Shown here: positions 32,120-40,655 of the stretch, piece by piece
Numbering within the stretch: the first letter of the stretch is position 1
How the letters are laid out: every line of letters starts with the position of its first letter
From: Patescibacteria group bacterium
GTDB lineage: Bacteria > Patescibacteriota > Minisyncoccia > Phycocordibacterales > Zambryskibacteraceae
Length of the DNA: 42,905 bases
NCBI GenBank assembly: GCA_040389345.1
Contig: JAZKAE010000023.1
Span: 1-42,905 of the forward strand
Reading direction: 5' to 3'
The notes under the pieces: model-generated
Databases searched by the model: none
Told to the model about the DNA's origin: nothing
What the model saw: the letters and a program-made list of their open reading frames with translations, nothing else
Program-made: the position numbers and the translations under genes

Positions 32120-32950
32120 ATGGCCACTATGGAAGAACTGACAAAGACTCAGATGGTCCTCTTGACCCTCCTTGTCAGCTTCGTCACGTCTATCGCGACG
32201 GGCATTATCACCGTGTCACTTTTAGCCCAGGCTCCTGCAAGCGTTACTCAGACCATCAACCGCGTCGTCGAACACACTATCGAAAAGGTGGCTCCCGCTT
32301 CGCCATCAACCAACACGACTGTCAAAGAAGTGACTGTGGTCAAAGAAGAGGATGCGATCATAAGCTCTATAGATAAGTCGGCTCAGGCTGTCGTCCGCAT
32401 AAAAAGCCCACTTGCTGATGATGGCTCTCAGAGCTTTTATGCTCTCGGGGTGCTCATTTCAAAAGATGGCCTCGTCGTCTCGGACAAGCGAAATCTTATT
32501 TTGAATGGTACCTATTCAATTACGCTCGCGGACGGCACCACACTTCCTGCTACGGTCTCTGCCATAAGCGAAGATGATAACCTTACCCTCTTTAGGATCA
32601 AGCCAGACCCTGCTCATGTGAACAGCTTCAAATTCATCACCTTCTCGCCAAACGAGCTTAAGCTCGGTCAGACGATCATCGCTGTCGAAGGAAGGGATAA
32701 GAACACCGTGGGTATCGGCCGAGTGCTCTCGATCAGCTCCCGCACGGAAAAAGATGCCAAGGGCAACGATCTCAAGGTGCCATATACCGTCGACACGGAC
32801 ATAGGTTCAGGGGAAATCCAGGGCTCTCCACTCTTTAACCTCTCAGGCGAACTTGTAGGCATCAAAACCTCAAGCGCCGACCTCGTAGTGCCGAGCGGCC
32901 TCTATACCACGTCGATCCCTATGAAGAGGGTTGTCGACAAGGCCAAGTAA
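32120..32950 (+). CDS. Membrane-anchored trypsin-fold (HtrA/S1C-like) protein with apparently substituted catalytic His and Ser
   Basis: GVLISKDGLVVSDKRN compares with GSGFIISxDGxIVTNxHV. EDDNLTLFRI compares with DxDLAVLKI. GSGEIQGSPLFNLSGELVGI compares with GNSGGPLxNxxGxVIGI. Confidence 0.55.
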   Translation: MATMEELTKTQMVLLTLLVSFVTSIATGIITVSLLAQAPASVTQTINRVVEHTIEKVAPASPSTNTTVKEVTVVKEEDAIISSIDKSAQAVVRIKSPLADDGSQSFYALGVLISKDGLVVSDKRNLILNGTYSITLADGTTLPATVSAISEDDNLTLFRIKPDPAHVNSFKFITFSPNELKLGQTIIAVEGRDKNTVGIGRVLSISSRTEKDAKGNDLKVPYTVDTDIGSGEIQGSPLFNLSGELVGIKTSSADLVVPSGLYTTSIPMKRVVDKAK

Positions 32951-32986
32951 GTTTAGGATATAGGCCGCGTTTAAGAACATATAGAT

Positions 32987-35659
32987 ATGCCTCCATTCAG
33001 CCATTTTACGAGCAAAGCCAAAGAAGCTATCAGAAAGGCCCACGAGCTGGCTATTGAACGCGGCCAAAACCACGTCAACCCAATGCACCTTTTGGCTGCG
33101 CTCATCATCCAAGAAGAGTCTATGGTTCTCTCTATTCTCGACAAGATGGAAGTGGATACCATCCTTCTGACCGATACGGTCCTCGAGACTATCGAAAATC
33201 CGGAAGTGATCCAAACTCTCGCGCCTTCCTATCAGATATATCTGACCCCCGAACTGGCTCATATCCTTGAATCAAGCTCGAAGGTCGCAGAAGGCCTTGG
33301 GGACGAATTTGTCTCAACCGAGCACTTGTTCCTTTCTGTCTTGAACGTACCTGGCGACTCTCGTGAACTTCTCATGAAGTTCAAGATCGATCAGGACCGC
33401 GTAGTGAAAGTTATCGACGAGTTGAAGCGATCGACGGCCTCAGAACCAAAGGCTGAGAAAAAGTTCAAATCGCTTACCAAATTCGCACGTTCGCTTACCA
33501 AGCTTGCCAAGGCAAACAAGCTCGACCCGGTCATCGGCCGAGACGAAGAAATCTCACGCATCATCCAGATCCTCTCTCGCCGTACGAAGAATAATCCGAT
33601 CTTGATCGGTGAAGCCGGCGTGGGAAAGACAGCTATCGCAGAAGGCCTTGCTATCAGGATGGCAAACGGGAACGTCCCAGAATCCCTTCGCGACAAGGAA
33701 CTTGTATCTCTTGACCTTGGTCTCCTCATTGCCGGCACAAAATATCGTGGGGAATTCGAAGAGCGCTTGAAAAATATCATCAAGGAGATCGAGAAGTCCG
33801 AAGGCAAGATCATCTTATTTATAGACGAGATCCATACGATCGTTGGAGCCGGAGCTGCCGAAGGCTCGATCGATGCATCGAACATGCTGAAACCCGCCCT
33901 TGCCCGCGGAGAGCTTCGAGCGATCGGCGCAACCACGCTTCGTGAATATCAAAAACATATTGAAAAGGACCCTGCATTGACCAGGCGCTTTCAGCCCGTC
34001 CATGTGAACGAGCCTTCAGTCGAGGATGCGATGACCATTCTGCGCGGACTTAAAGAGCGATACGAGCTCTATCACGGTGTCCACATCACTGATGATGCTA
34101 TCCGATCTGCGGTCACTCTTTCCTCACGCTACATCACAGACAGGTTTCTTCCTGACAAGGCGGTTGACCTCATCGATGAAGCGGCATCATTTTTGAAGAT
34201 CTCACTTGAGAACATGCCTCAGATCCTCCAAGACTCGAATTCGAAGGTAATGAAGCTTGAGATCGAACGCGAAGCGCTCAAAAAAGATAGAAATACAAAG
34301 GCCAAACTCCGCATCAAAGAGATCGACAAGGACATCGCCGACCTTAAAGAGAAGACTTCTGAAATAGATCTCAAATGGAAGAACGAAAAGGAGACTGTCG
34401 CTGCTATCAAGGAGATAAAGAAAAACCTCGAAGGTCTCAGGCTTGAGGCCGAAGCTGCAGAAGCGCGGGCTGACCTTTCTCGCGCAGCAGAACTCCGCTA
34501 TGGGCAGATCCCGCTCCTTGAGCGAGAACTTGATACGCGAGCAAAGAGGCTAAAGAAACTTCAAAGCTCTCGAAGGATCCTTCGCGAAGAGATCACCGAG
34601 CAAGATATCGCAGACATCGTCAGCCGATGGACGGGCATTCCTGTCTCTCGAATGCTTGAAGAAGAAGCAGAGAAATTGTGCCGTATCGAAGAATTCTTGA
34701 CGAAACGGATCGTTGGGCAGAAAGAAGCTGTGCAAAAGATCGCCGACACTATCAAGAGAAGCCGGGCAGGCATCTCTGATCCAAACAGACCGATCGGCTC
34801 GTTCATGTTCCTCGGACCGACCGGAGTAGGGAAGACCGAACTCACCAAAGCGCTCGCAGAATTTATGTTTGACGATGAGAAGTCCCTCATCAGAGTCGAC
34901 ATGAGCGAATTTATGGAGAAGCACTCAGTATCCAAACTCATCGGGGCGCCTCCCGGATATGTTGGATTTGATGAAGGTTCTCCTTTCACTGAGACCGTTA
35001 GGCATAGGCCATACTCGGTCATCCTCTTCGATGAGATCGAGAAGGCACATCCAGAGGTGTTTAATATTCTCCTCCAGGTCCTCGACAACGGCCGTCTAAC
35101 CGACACCAAAGGTCGAGTGGTGAACTTCAAGAACACCGTCATCATCCTCACCTCAAACGTCGGGGCTGAATACATCGATCGCATGCAGTCGATCGGATTC
35201 TCCAAGGGTGGAGAGAAAGAAAGCTACAACGGAATGAAGGACAAACTGATGGATTCACTAAAGAATCAGTTCCGCCCTGAATTCTTGAACCGACTCGATG
35301 AGGTCGTGGTATTCGATGTGCTCGGGAAAGATGTCATCCGTTCTATCGTAGATATCCAGATCGAAGCGGTCAAAAAGCGCTTGGCAGAGAAGGAGATCGA
35401 ACTTGTTATATCTCCTGCAGTCGTCGATCTCCTCGGCGAAGAAGGCTACAACCCAGAGTTCGGAGCTCGTCCTCTTAAGCGTTTGATCCAGACCAAGATC
35501 TTGAATCCTGTGGCCACGATGATGATAGGCAACAAGGTTCTCTCCGGAGGGACGGTCATGGTGGGCAAGAAAGGTGCGGAGCTTACGTTCGAAGTGGTGA
35601 AGGGTAAAAGATCAGGGACCGTGTCGAGCCTTTCGAAACACAGGACTACAGCTAAATAA
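32987..35659 (+). CDS. clpB: AAA+ disaggregase ClpB
   Basis: Clp_N repeats, Walker [11 protein letters not shown] and [10 protein letters not shown], and a long coiled-coil M domain between NBD1 and NBD2. Confidence 0.96.
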   Translation: MPPFSHFTSKAKEAIRKAHELAIERGQNHVNPMHLLAALIIQEESMVLSILDKMEVDTILLTDTVLETIENPEVIQTLAPSYQIYLTPELAHILESSSKVAEGLGDEFVSTEHLFLSVLNVPGDSRELLMKFKIDQDRVVKVIDELKRSTASEPKAEKKFKSLTKFARSLTKLAKANKLDPVIGRDEEISRIIQILSRRTKNNPILIGEAGVGKTAIAEGLAIRMANGNVPESLRDKELVSLDLGLLIAGTKYRGEFEERLKNIIKEIEKSEGKIILFIDEIHTIVGAGAAEGSIDASNMLKPALARGELRAIGATTLREYQKHIEKDPALTRRFQPVHVNEPSVEDAMTILRGLKERYELYHGVHITDDAIRSAVTLSSRYITDRFLPDKAVDLIDEAASFLKISLENMPQILQDSNSKVMKLEIEREALKKDRNTKAKLRIKEIDKDIADLKEKTSEIDLKWKNEKETVAAIKEIKKNLEGLRLEAEAAEARADLSRAAELRYGQIPLLERELDTRAKRLKKLQSSRRILREEITEQDIADIVSRWTGIPVSRMLEEEAEKLCRIEEFLTKRIVGQKEAVQKIADTIKRSRAGISDPNRPIGSFMFLGPTGVGKTELTKALAEFMFDDEKSLIRVDMSEFMEKHSVSKLIGAPPGYVGFDEGSPFTETVRHRPYSVILFDEIEKAHPEVFNILLQVLDNGRLTDTKGRVVNFKNTVIILTSNVGAEYIDRMQSIGFSKGGEKESYNGMKDKLMDSLKNQFRPEFLNRLDEVVVFDVLGKDVIRSIVDIQIEAVKKRLAEKEIELVISPAVVDLLGEEGYNPEFGARPLKRLIQTKILNPVATMMIGNKVLSGGTVMVGKKGAELTFEVVKGKRSGTVSSLSKHRTTAK

Positions 35660-35665
35660 AAACGT

Positions 35666-35691
35666 AAAACCGAGGTACATGCCTCGGTTTT
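35666..35691 (+). terminator. Rho-independent terminator
   Basis: AAAACCGAGG-tacatg-CCTCGGTTTT. Confidence 0.75.
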
Positions 35692-35699
35692 ACTATGTG

Positions 35700-35782
35700 T
35701 GCGCCGAGTTGGATTCGAACCAACGAAGCCCGAAGGCGCCAGATTTACAGTCTAGTGCGATTGACCACTCCGCCATCGACGC
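35700..35782 (-). tRNA. tRNA-Tyr (anticodon GTA)
   Basis: Acceptor GCGTCGA/TCGGCGC, anticodon loop CTGTAAA, long variable arm, T-loop TTCGAAT. Confidence 0.88.
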
Positions 35783-35849
35783 ATAAGGGCTATCTTAAAG
35801 CATTTTTGGAAACTTGCAAAATATATACGGTAGGGTATTCTAGAGCCCT

Positions 35850-36023
35850 ATGGCACAGCAACATCTCATAAAGCTCGTCTCCGTCGGGGACTCCAAGGGC
35901 GTCGGCAAGGGCCACACCTATTATTCGCGCAAGAATAAGAAATCGGTCGAACGCAAGATCGAGGTCAAGAAGTTCAATCCGATAGCGAAGAAGCACACTA
36001 CCTATAAGGAAAAGAAGGCATAA
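35850..36023 (+). CDS. rpmG: 50S ribosomal protein bL33 (Cys-less form), 57 aa, below the ORF-track cutoff
   Basis: Hand translation: MAQQHLIKLVSVGDSKGVGKGHTYYSRKNKKSVERKIEVKKFNPIAKKHTTYKEKKA. Matches the L33 pattern KNKxNxxxKLELKKYxPxxxKHTxHKExK. Confidence 0.8.
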   Translation: MAQQHLIKLVSVGDSKGVGKGHTYYSRKNKKSVERKIEVKKFNPIAKKHTTYKEKKA

Positions 36024-36025
36024 AA

Positions 36026-36047
36026 GACTCCATAAGGGAGTTTTTTT
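36026..36047 (+). terminator. Rho-independent terminator
   Basis: ACTCC-ataag-GGAGT followed by TTTTTT. Confidence 0.65.
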
Positions 36048-36074
36048 CTTGGCTATGCTAGGATGATTTCCTAA

Positions 36075-36145
36075 GGGCGATTAGTTTAATGGCAGAACAG
36101 CGGTCTCCAAAACCGCTGGTGGGGGTTCGATTCCCTCATCGCCCG
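36075..36145 (+). tRNA. tRNA-Trp (anticodon CCA)
   Basis: Acceptor GGGCGAT/ATCGCCC, discriminator G, anticodon stem GCGGT/ACCGC with loop CTCCAAA, T-loop TTCGATT. Confidence 0.88.
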
Positions 36146-36194
36146 CCGGACAGAACTTGTGACCGATTCCCTCATTTAAAACGTCTAAGCACAT

Positions 36195-36800
36195 ATGCTT
36201 CACAATCTTATTGATCCCGCATATTTGCTCTCCCACTATGGGTACATCGGGATCTTCCTTATTGTCCTTATTGAATCCGGGATTTTCTTTTTTCTCCCTG
36301 GAGACAGTTTGCTGTTTACTGCAGGACTCTTGTCTGGGTCAGGAATCCTGAACCTCCCTGTGGTCATCCTCCTCGCGCTCCTTGGTGCATTCTTTGGGAA
36401 CCTTATCGGCTACTGGATCGGAGCAAACATCGAGAAGCTCCACCGATATGCATTGTTTAGAAGACTTCTCCACGAGAAGCATATCAATGCGGCTCACGCC
36501 TTCTTTGAGAAGCGCGGGAAGCAAGCCCTCGTCCTCGGACGATTTGTCCCCGCTGGGCGCACGTTCATTCCGTGGGTGGCAGGCATTGCAGGTATGAACA
36601 AAAAAATATTCATCGAATGGAGCGGGCTTGGGGCGCTGGCGTGGGTGCTCATTATGACCCTTGGAGGGTTTTTCTTGGGCCAGATATTTCCAACACTTCA
36701 GAACTATCTCACCGAGGCGATCCTCATCATCATCTTCATTTCTCTCCTGCCAATAGGGTACGAATGGTGGAAAGGCCGTAAGGTGAAAGCGGCGCTGTAA
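36195..36800 (+). CDS. dedA: DedA/SNARE-associated family membrane protein
   Basis: FFFLPGDSLLFTAG motif, GRFVPAGRTF and multiple TM helices. Confidence 0.85.
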   Translation: MLHNLIDPAYLLSHYGYIGIFLIVLIESGIFFFLPGDSLLFTAGLLSGSGILNLPVVILLALLGAFFGNLIGYWIGANIEKLHRYALFRRLLHEKHINAAHAFFEKRGKQALVLGRFVPAGRTFIPWVAGIAGMNKKIFIEWSGLGALAWVLIMTLGGFFLGQIFPTLQNYLTEAILIIIFISLLPIGYEWWKGRKVKAAL

Positions 36801-37632
36801 ACCAGCGGATATTTTTATTTTTCTTAAACCAGGTCATCTGTCGACGAGAATATTGTCGTATGGCTATAAAAAGATCTTCTAGCATCTCCTTTTTCGAGAC
36901 TTTCTTTTGAAGATAGAGAGCGAGGTGTCTATATTCAAGCCCCAGTTCATCCATGCGTTTGTAAGATAGTCCATCCGCTTTTAACTTTTTAGCTTCTCGG
37001 ATCATACCCGGCATACGCTGTATAAGACGGGCGCGAATCTTTTTATCTAGGTCTTCCTGAGGTGTGGCAAGGCCGACGAAAACGAATTCATATGGAGATC
37101 TTTGTTTTTTTAATGTAGGTACCGTGCCCATGGCCTCGATTATCTCCAAAGCTCTAACTAGACGTACTTTGTTCTTCGTATCGATGGTTTTTGCGCGCAC
37201 GGGGTCTTTCTTTTTCAACAGAGCAAAAAGTTTTTCTGTAGGTAACTTTTCAAGCATGGTGCGAAGTTTGGGATTCGGAGGAACCTGCGGAAGAGAAGCG
37301 GAACCAGTAAGAGCATCGATATAGAATCCAGTGCCTCCGACAATGATAGGGAGTCTGTTTCTTTCTGCGATATCCTTTAAAACTACTTCTCCTTGAGTTT
37401 TAAATTCAGAAGCTGAGTACACTTTCTTTGGATCAGCCACATCAAGCATGTGATGAGGGACTCCTTGCATCTCTACTTCAGTCACTTTGCCTGTGCCTAT
37501 GTCGAGCCCTTTATAGACCTGTCGCGAATCAGCAGAAACAATCTCACCATTTAGTTTTTTGGCGAGTTCTACTGCAAGCCCTGACTTGCCGATGGCTGTG
37601 GGGCCGACTATCACGAGAACCTTCTTTTTCAT
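36736..37632 (-). CDS. miaA: tRNA dimethylallyltransferase
   Basis: P-loop VIVGPTAIGKSGLA, then DSRQVYKGLDIGT, GGTGFY and QMTWFK. The ATG at 37632 lies 2 nt after tRNA-Leu(CAA). The C-terminal 65 nt overlap dedA convergently. Confidence 0.9.
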   Translation of the reverse strand: MKKKVLVIVGPTAIGKSGLAVELAKKLNGEIVSADSRQVYKGLDIGTGKVTEVEMQGVPHHMLDVADPKKVYSASEFKTQGEVVLKDIAERNRLPIIVGGTGFYIDALTGSASLPQVPPNPKLRTMLEKLPTEKLFALLKKKDPVRAKTIDTKNKVRLVRALEIIEAMGTVPTLKKQRSPYEFVFVGLATPQEDLDKKIRARLIQRMPGMIREAKKLKADGLSYKRMDELGLEYRHLALYLQKKVSKKEMLEDLFIAIRQYSRRQMTWFKKNKNIRWFTAPLSPYGLSTIRTLLAGEK

Positions 37633-37634
37633 TG

Positions 37635-37715
37635 TGCCGGAGAGAGGACTCGAACCTCCACACCTTTCGATACACGATTTTGAGTCGTGCGCGTCTACCA
37701 TTCCGCCACTCCGGC
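37635..37715 (-). tRNA. tRNA-Leu (anticodon CAA)
   Basis: Acceptor GCCGGAG/CTCCGGC, anticodon stem CACGA/TCGTG with loop CTCAAAA (A36-A37-A38), variable arm, T-arm GGAGG-TTCGAGT-CCTCT. Confidence 0.88.
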
Positions 37716-37759
37716 TTGAACCCTTACAACTTACAATAATCTCGTGTTAAAATCTACTT

Positions 37760-38536
37760 ATGTCCCAATTCTATAATGACTCGATCTTCTGGATAGAAGT
37801 AGAAAAGATCCACCCAAACCCATTCCAGCCGCGCCGAGAGTTTGATCAGATGCAGCTCCAGAGCCTCGCAGACTCTATGCGCCAATATGGAGTGCTCCAG
37901 GCCCTCGTGGTCACGAGAAACGAGGTAGAGAAGCCAGAAGGAGGCATTGCTGTCGAATACGAGCTTATCGCCGGAGAGCGCCGCCTGAGGGCGGCGAAGC
38001 TCGCCGGACTTAAACAAGTGCCTGTTCTCATCAGGAACGGGGCCGAGACCGACCTCACCAAGCTTGAACTCGCGATCATCGAGAACATCCAGCGCGAGGA
38101 TCTGAACCCCGTTGACCGAGCCAAGGCGTTCGACCGACTCGCTAAAGAATTCGGATTCAAGCACGCAGAGATCGGCAAAAAGGTGGGGAAGAGCCGTGAG
38201 TATGTCTCAAACACCTTGCGCCTCCTTATGCTCCCCGAGCACATGCTCCAGGCTCTTTCAGATGGGAAGATCACCGAGGGTCATACTCGGCCACTCATGA
38301 TGCTTACAGACCGCAAAGAAGAGCAGGAAACTCTCTTTAAAGAGATCATGTTCAAAAAACTCAATGTCCGCGAGGCAGAATCCATCGCGCGCCACATTGC
38401 CATAGAGCGTGCGCGCAAGCTCATTGACCCAGAGCTTATCGAGATGGAAGACAGGTTTAAAGAAACCTTGGGTACGCGCGTGCGCATAGAGAAAAAAGAA
38501 AAAGGCGGCCGTGTCACCATCGACTTCTTTTCCTAA
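37760..38536 (+). CDS. parB: Chromosome partitioning protein ParB/Spo0J (as terminated by TAA 38534-38536)
   Basis: ParB box GERRLRAAKLAG, HTH region SREYVSNTLRLL, and a C-terminus ending GGRVTIDFFS. Confidence 0.9.
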   Translation: MSQFYNDSIFWIEVEKIHPNPFQPRREFDQMQLQSLADSMRQYGVLQALVVTRNEVEKPEGGIAVEYELIAGERRLRAAKLAGLKQVPVLIRNGAETDLTKLELAIIENIQREDLNPVDRAKAFDRLAKEFGFKHAEIGKKVGKSREYVSNTLRLLMLPEHMLQALSDGKITEGHTRPLMMLTDRKEEQETLFKEIMFKKLNVREAESIARHIAIERARKLIDPELIEMEDRFKETLGTRVRIEKKEKGGRVTIDFFS

Positions 38537-38755
38537 GAAGATCTCGAATCACTCCTCGAGGTATTCAAAGGCTCTCACATCCCAGGCACCCCAATGGAAA
38601 CTCCGGTCTCGGAGATATCCGCGGAACAAAAGCTTGAGGAAGTCGCACCTCTCACAGAAGAAGAGAAGATCCTTGCAGACGATGCCGGAGATAAGATGGA
38701 CAAGCCACTTGAGGAAGACGAAGATCTCTATTCGATCCAAAACTTTAGCGTTTAG
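38537..38755 (+). other. 72-codon in-frame open continuation of parB beyond its TAA
   Basis: Same frame as parB with no stop until TAG 38753-38755. It begins EDLESLLEVFKG, the expected continuation of the ParB C-terminal FxS-x-EDLxxILxxL element, followed by an acidic tail. Confidence 0.45.
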
Positions 38756-40235
38756 ATTTTGATATCTTAAACAGTGTTCGTTGGATGTGTCTGCGCGCGG
38801 TAGAAGTTTTCGCATGGTCAAGCCATTTTTTATTCGGCTTGGCAGATGGGTGGGTCATCACATCGACTATGTCTCCGTTCTTGAGGGTAGTATCGAGAGA
38901 TGCGAGCTTGCCGTTTACCTTTGCGCCTTGCATGTGATCTCCAATATCTGAATGGATCGCATAGGCAAAATCGATGGTTGTAGAGTTTGTGGGAAGGTCG
39001 ACAACATCTCCTTTGGGAGAAAAGGCAAATATCCTGTGGCTGAAAAAATCTTCCCCGTCTATGTCCTCAGTGTCCTCTCTGTAGGCGACGAGCTCTTTGA
39101 TCCACGAAGGTACATCTGGAAGGTGTGGGTGTGGAGCCGAGTGCTTGCCTGCCTTGGGCAAGAGGGAATTGATCCACGACGCGGTCTCTTCATCTGCGCC
39201 GATCTTGTTGTTCTTGTATGAGACATGCGAAGCAATTCCGTACTCTGAATGCTTGTGCATATCAAATGTTTTGATCTGGACCTCAACGATGCTCCCATCG
39301 CCAGTGAAGACCGTTGTTTGGAGGGCTTGGTAGCCATTGGGTTTTGGAAAAGAAATATAATCTTTAATACGACCGGGCAAGGGGCGAAACGTCGAATGGA
39401 TGATGCCGAGGACTTGGTAGCATTCCTCTTCTTTCTCTACGAGTATTCGGGCTGCTGAAAGGTCGTAGATCTTCTCGAGATCCTTTTCTTTGCGGAGAAG
39501 TTTGGTGTACAAGCTGTACATACCCTTCACTCGATATTCAGTTTTTACTTTTATGATGCCTTGTTTGGCCAGAGCTTTCTTTACTGAGCGCAAAAATTTC
39601 TCCAAGCCTTTCTGGTCCTTGGGCCTTCTTTGCTTCAAAGTCTTTTGCATCGCTTCATGCTCCTTGGGATATACATACGGGAAAGCCAGATCCTCGAGCT
39701 CGCGGTTCAGTTTTCTGATCCCAAGTCGATAGGCGATAGGAGCATATATTTCCAAGGTCTCGGCGGCGATCCTTTTCTGCTTTTCTTTTGGGATATGGCT
39801 CAAGGTCCTCATGTTGTGAAGGCGGTCAGCAAGCTTGACCAAGAGCACGCGGATATCTTCTGAAGTTGCGACAAAGAGTTTGCGCAAGCTTTCATTATGT
39901 CTGTCTGCGCCTCTGTATCTCACGTGTCCGAGCTTGGTGACTGCATCCACAATAAAGGCGACCTCAGGACCAAATTCTTTTTCTATCTCTTCTACTTTTA
40001 TTCCGCAGTCTTCGACAACGTCGTGGAGAAGTCCTGCGGCGATGGTGGTGGCCCCCATGCCAAGTTCAGAGAGGATCTTGGCGGTCTCATATACATGAGA
40101 AAAATACGGCTCTCCGGAGAGTCGAAGCTGTGTCGCATGAGCGTTCTCCGCAAACAGATACGCCTTCTCGATCAAGGTGCTTTCGTCCTTGTTCAAATGA
40201 GAAGTAAGAGAGGCAACTGGGGCGGCGTAAGGCAT
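38745..40235 (-). CDS. relA: RelA/SpoT-homologue (p)ppGpp synthetase/hydrolase (HD + synthetase + TGS)
   Basis: HD domain LLHDVVEDC, RelA_SpoT synthetase region YQALQTTVF and C-terminal TGS-like GDVVDLP...GAKVNG. Confidence 0.9.
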   Translation of the reverse strand: MPYAAPVASLTSHLNKDESTLIEKAYLFAENAHATQLRLSGEPYFSHVYETAKILSELGMGATTIAAGLLHDVVEDCGIKVEEIEKEFGPEVAFIVDAVTKLGHVRYRGADRHNESLRKLFVATSEDIRVLLVKLADRLHNMRTLSHIPKEKQKRIAAETLEIYAPIAYRLGIRKLNRELEDLAFPYVYPKEHEAMQKTLKQRRPKDQKGLEKFLRSVKKALAKQGIIKVKTEYRVKGMYSLYTKLLRKEKDLEKIYDLSAARILVEKEEECYQVLGIIHSTFRPLPGRIKDYISFPKPNGYQALQTTVFTGDGSIVEVQIKTFDMHKHSEYGIASHVSYKNNKIGADEETASWINSLLPKAGKHSAPHPHLPDVPSWIKELVAYREDTEDIDGEDFFSHRIFAFSPKGDVVDLPTNSTTIDFAYAIHSDIGDHMQGAKVNGKLASLDTTLKNGDIVDVMTHPSAKPNKKWLDHAKTSTARRHIQRTLFKISKSKR

Positions 40236-40299
40236 AAACGAATTGTGCCTGATTAAGGGAAAATAACAAGATTATTTCAATTGATCCATTTAATAAGCA

Positions 40300-40327
40300 T
40301 TGACAAATCTTTCAAAAGGTGTACAAT
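40300..40327 (+). promoter_or_regulatory. Promoter TTGACA-N16-TACAAT
   Basis: TTGACAaatctttcaaaaggtgTACAAT. It lies inside the 5' end of the track ORF 40319-40615. Confidence 0.6.
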
Positions 40328-40369
40328 ATATACAGAAATGATTCCTACCACAACCCAACGGAGGCTTTC

Positions 40370-40615
40370 GTGGCGCACAGCCGAAATTTCCAAAAGAGCA
40401 GGGGAGAAGGGCGCTGTCACCGTAGCGTAGACGCCCTACTCGTTCGTCGGTCACTTCTTCGGAGGCAGGTTCGCAAGGAAGGAGTCGATCTGACGCCGAT
40501 CATCATTCCCAAGGCTCGGGAGGAGCGGATGCGCTCGGGGTACGTCGTCTTCGTTCACAATGGCATTGAGATCCTCCTCACGCGCGAAACTGCACATGCG
40601 GGGATGGTCTCTTGA
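40370..40615 (+). CDS. 81-aa Arg-rich hypothetical protein (GTG start); alternatively part of a non-coding transcript
   Basis: GGAGG at 40360-40364 lies 5 nt before GTG 40370. Bounded by a strong promoter and terminator. GC-richer than its flanks. No family recognised. Confidence 0.35.
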   Translation: MAHSRNFQKSRGEGRCHRSVDALLVRRSLLRRQVRKEGVDLTPIIIPKAREERMRSGYVVFVHNGIEILLTRETAHAGMVS

Positions 40616-40620
40616 GCAAA

Positions 40621-40655
40621 ACCGCCCACTACTTCGGTAGTCGGGCGGTCTTTTT
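40621..40655. terminator. Bidirectional rho-independent terminator
   Basis: AAAACCGCCCACTAC-ttcg-GTAGT(c)GGGCGGT-CTTTTT. It serves the small unit (+) and topA (-). Confidence 0.75.

Noticed and set aside
36736-36800. 65-bp convergent overlap of the dedA and miaA 3' ends.
   Set aside because: It is probably just a drifted miaA stop. The conserved MiaA sequence ends near QMTWFKKNKNIRWF, and the tail is antisense to dedA. No further signal was seen.
40466-40484. SRP RNA domain IV-like string CAGGTTC-GCAA-GGAAGGAG.
   Set aside because: It resembles E. coli 4.5S CAGGTCC-GGAA-GGAAGCAG, including a GNRA loop. However, the flanking sequences do not form the extended helix 5/8 when paired by hand, and the conserved 3' AGCA is AGGA. 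It is kept only as a note; cmscan with the SRP models would decide.
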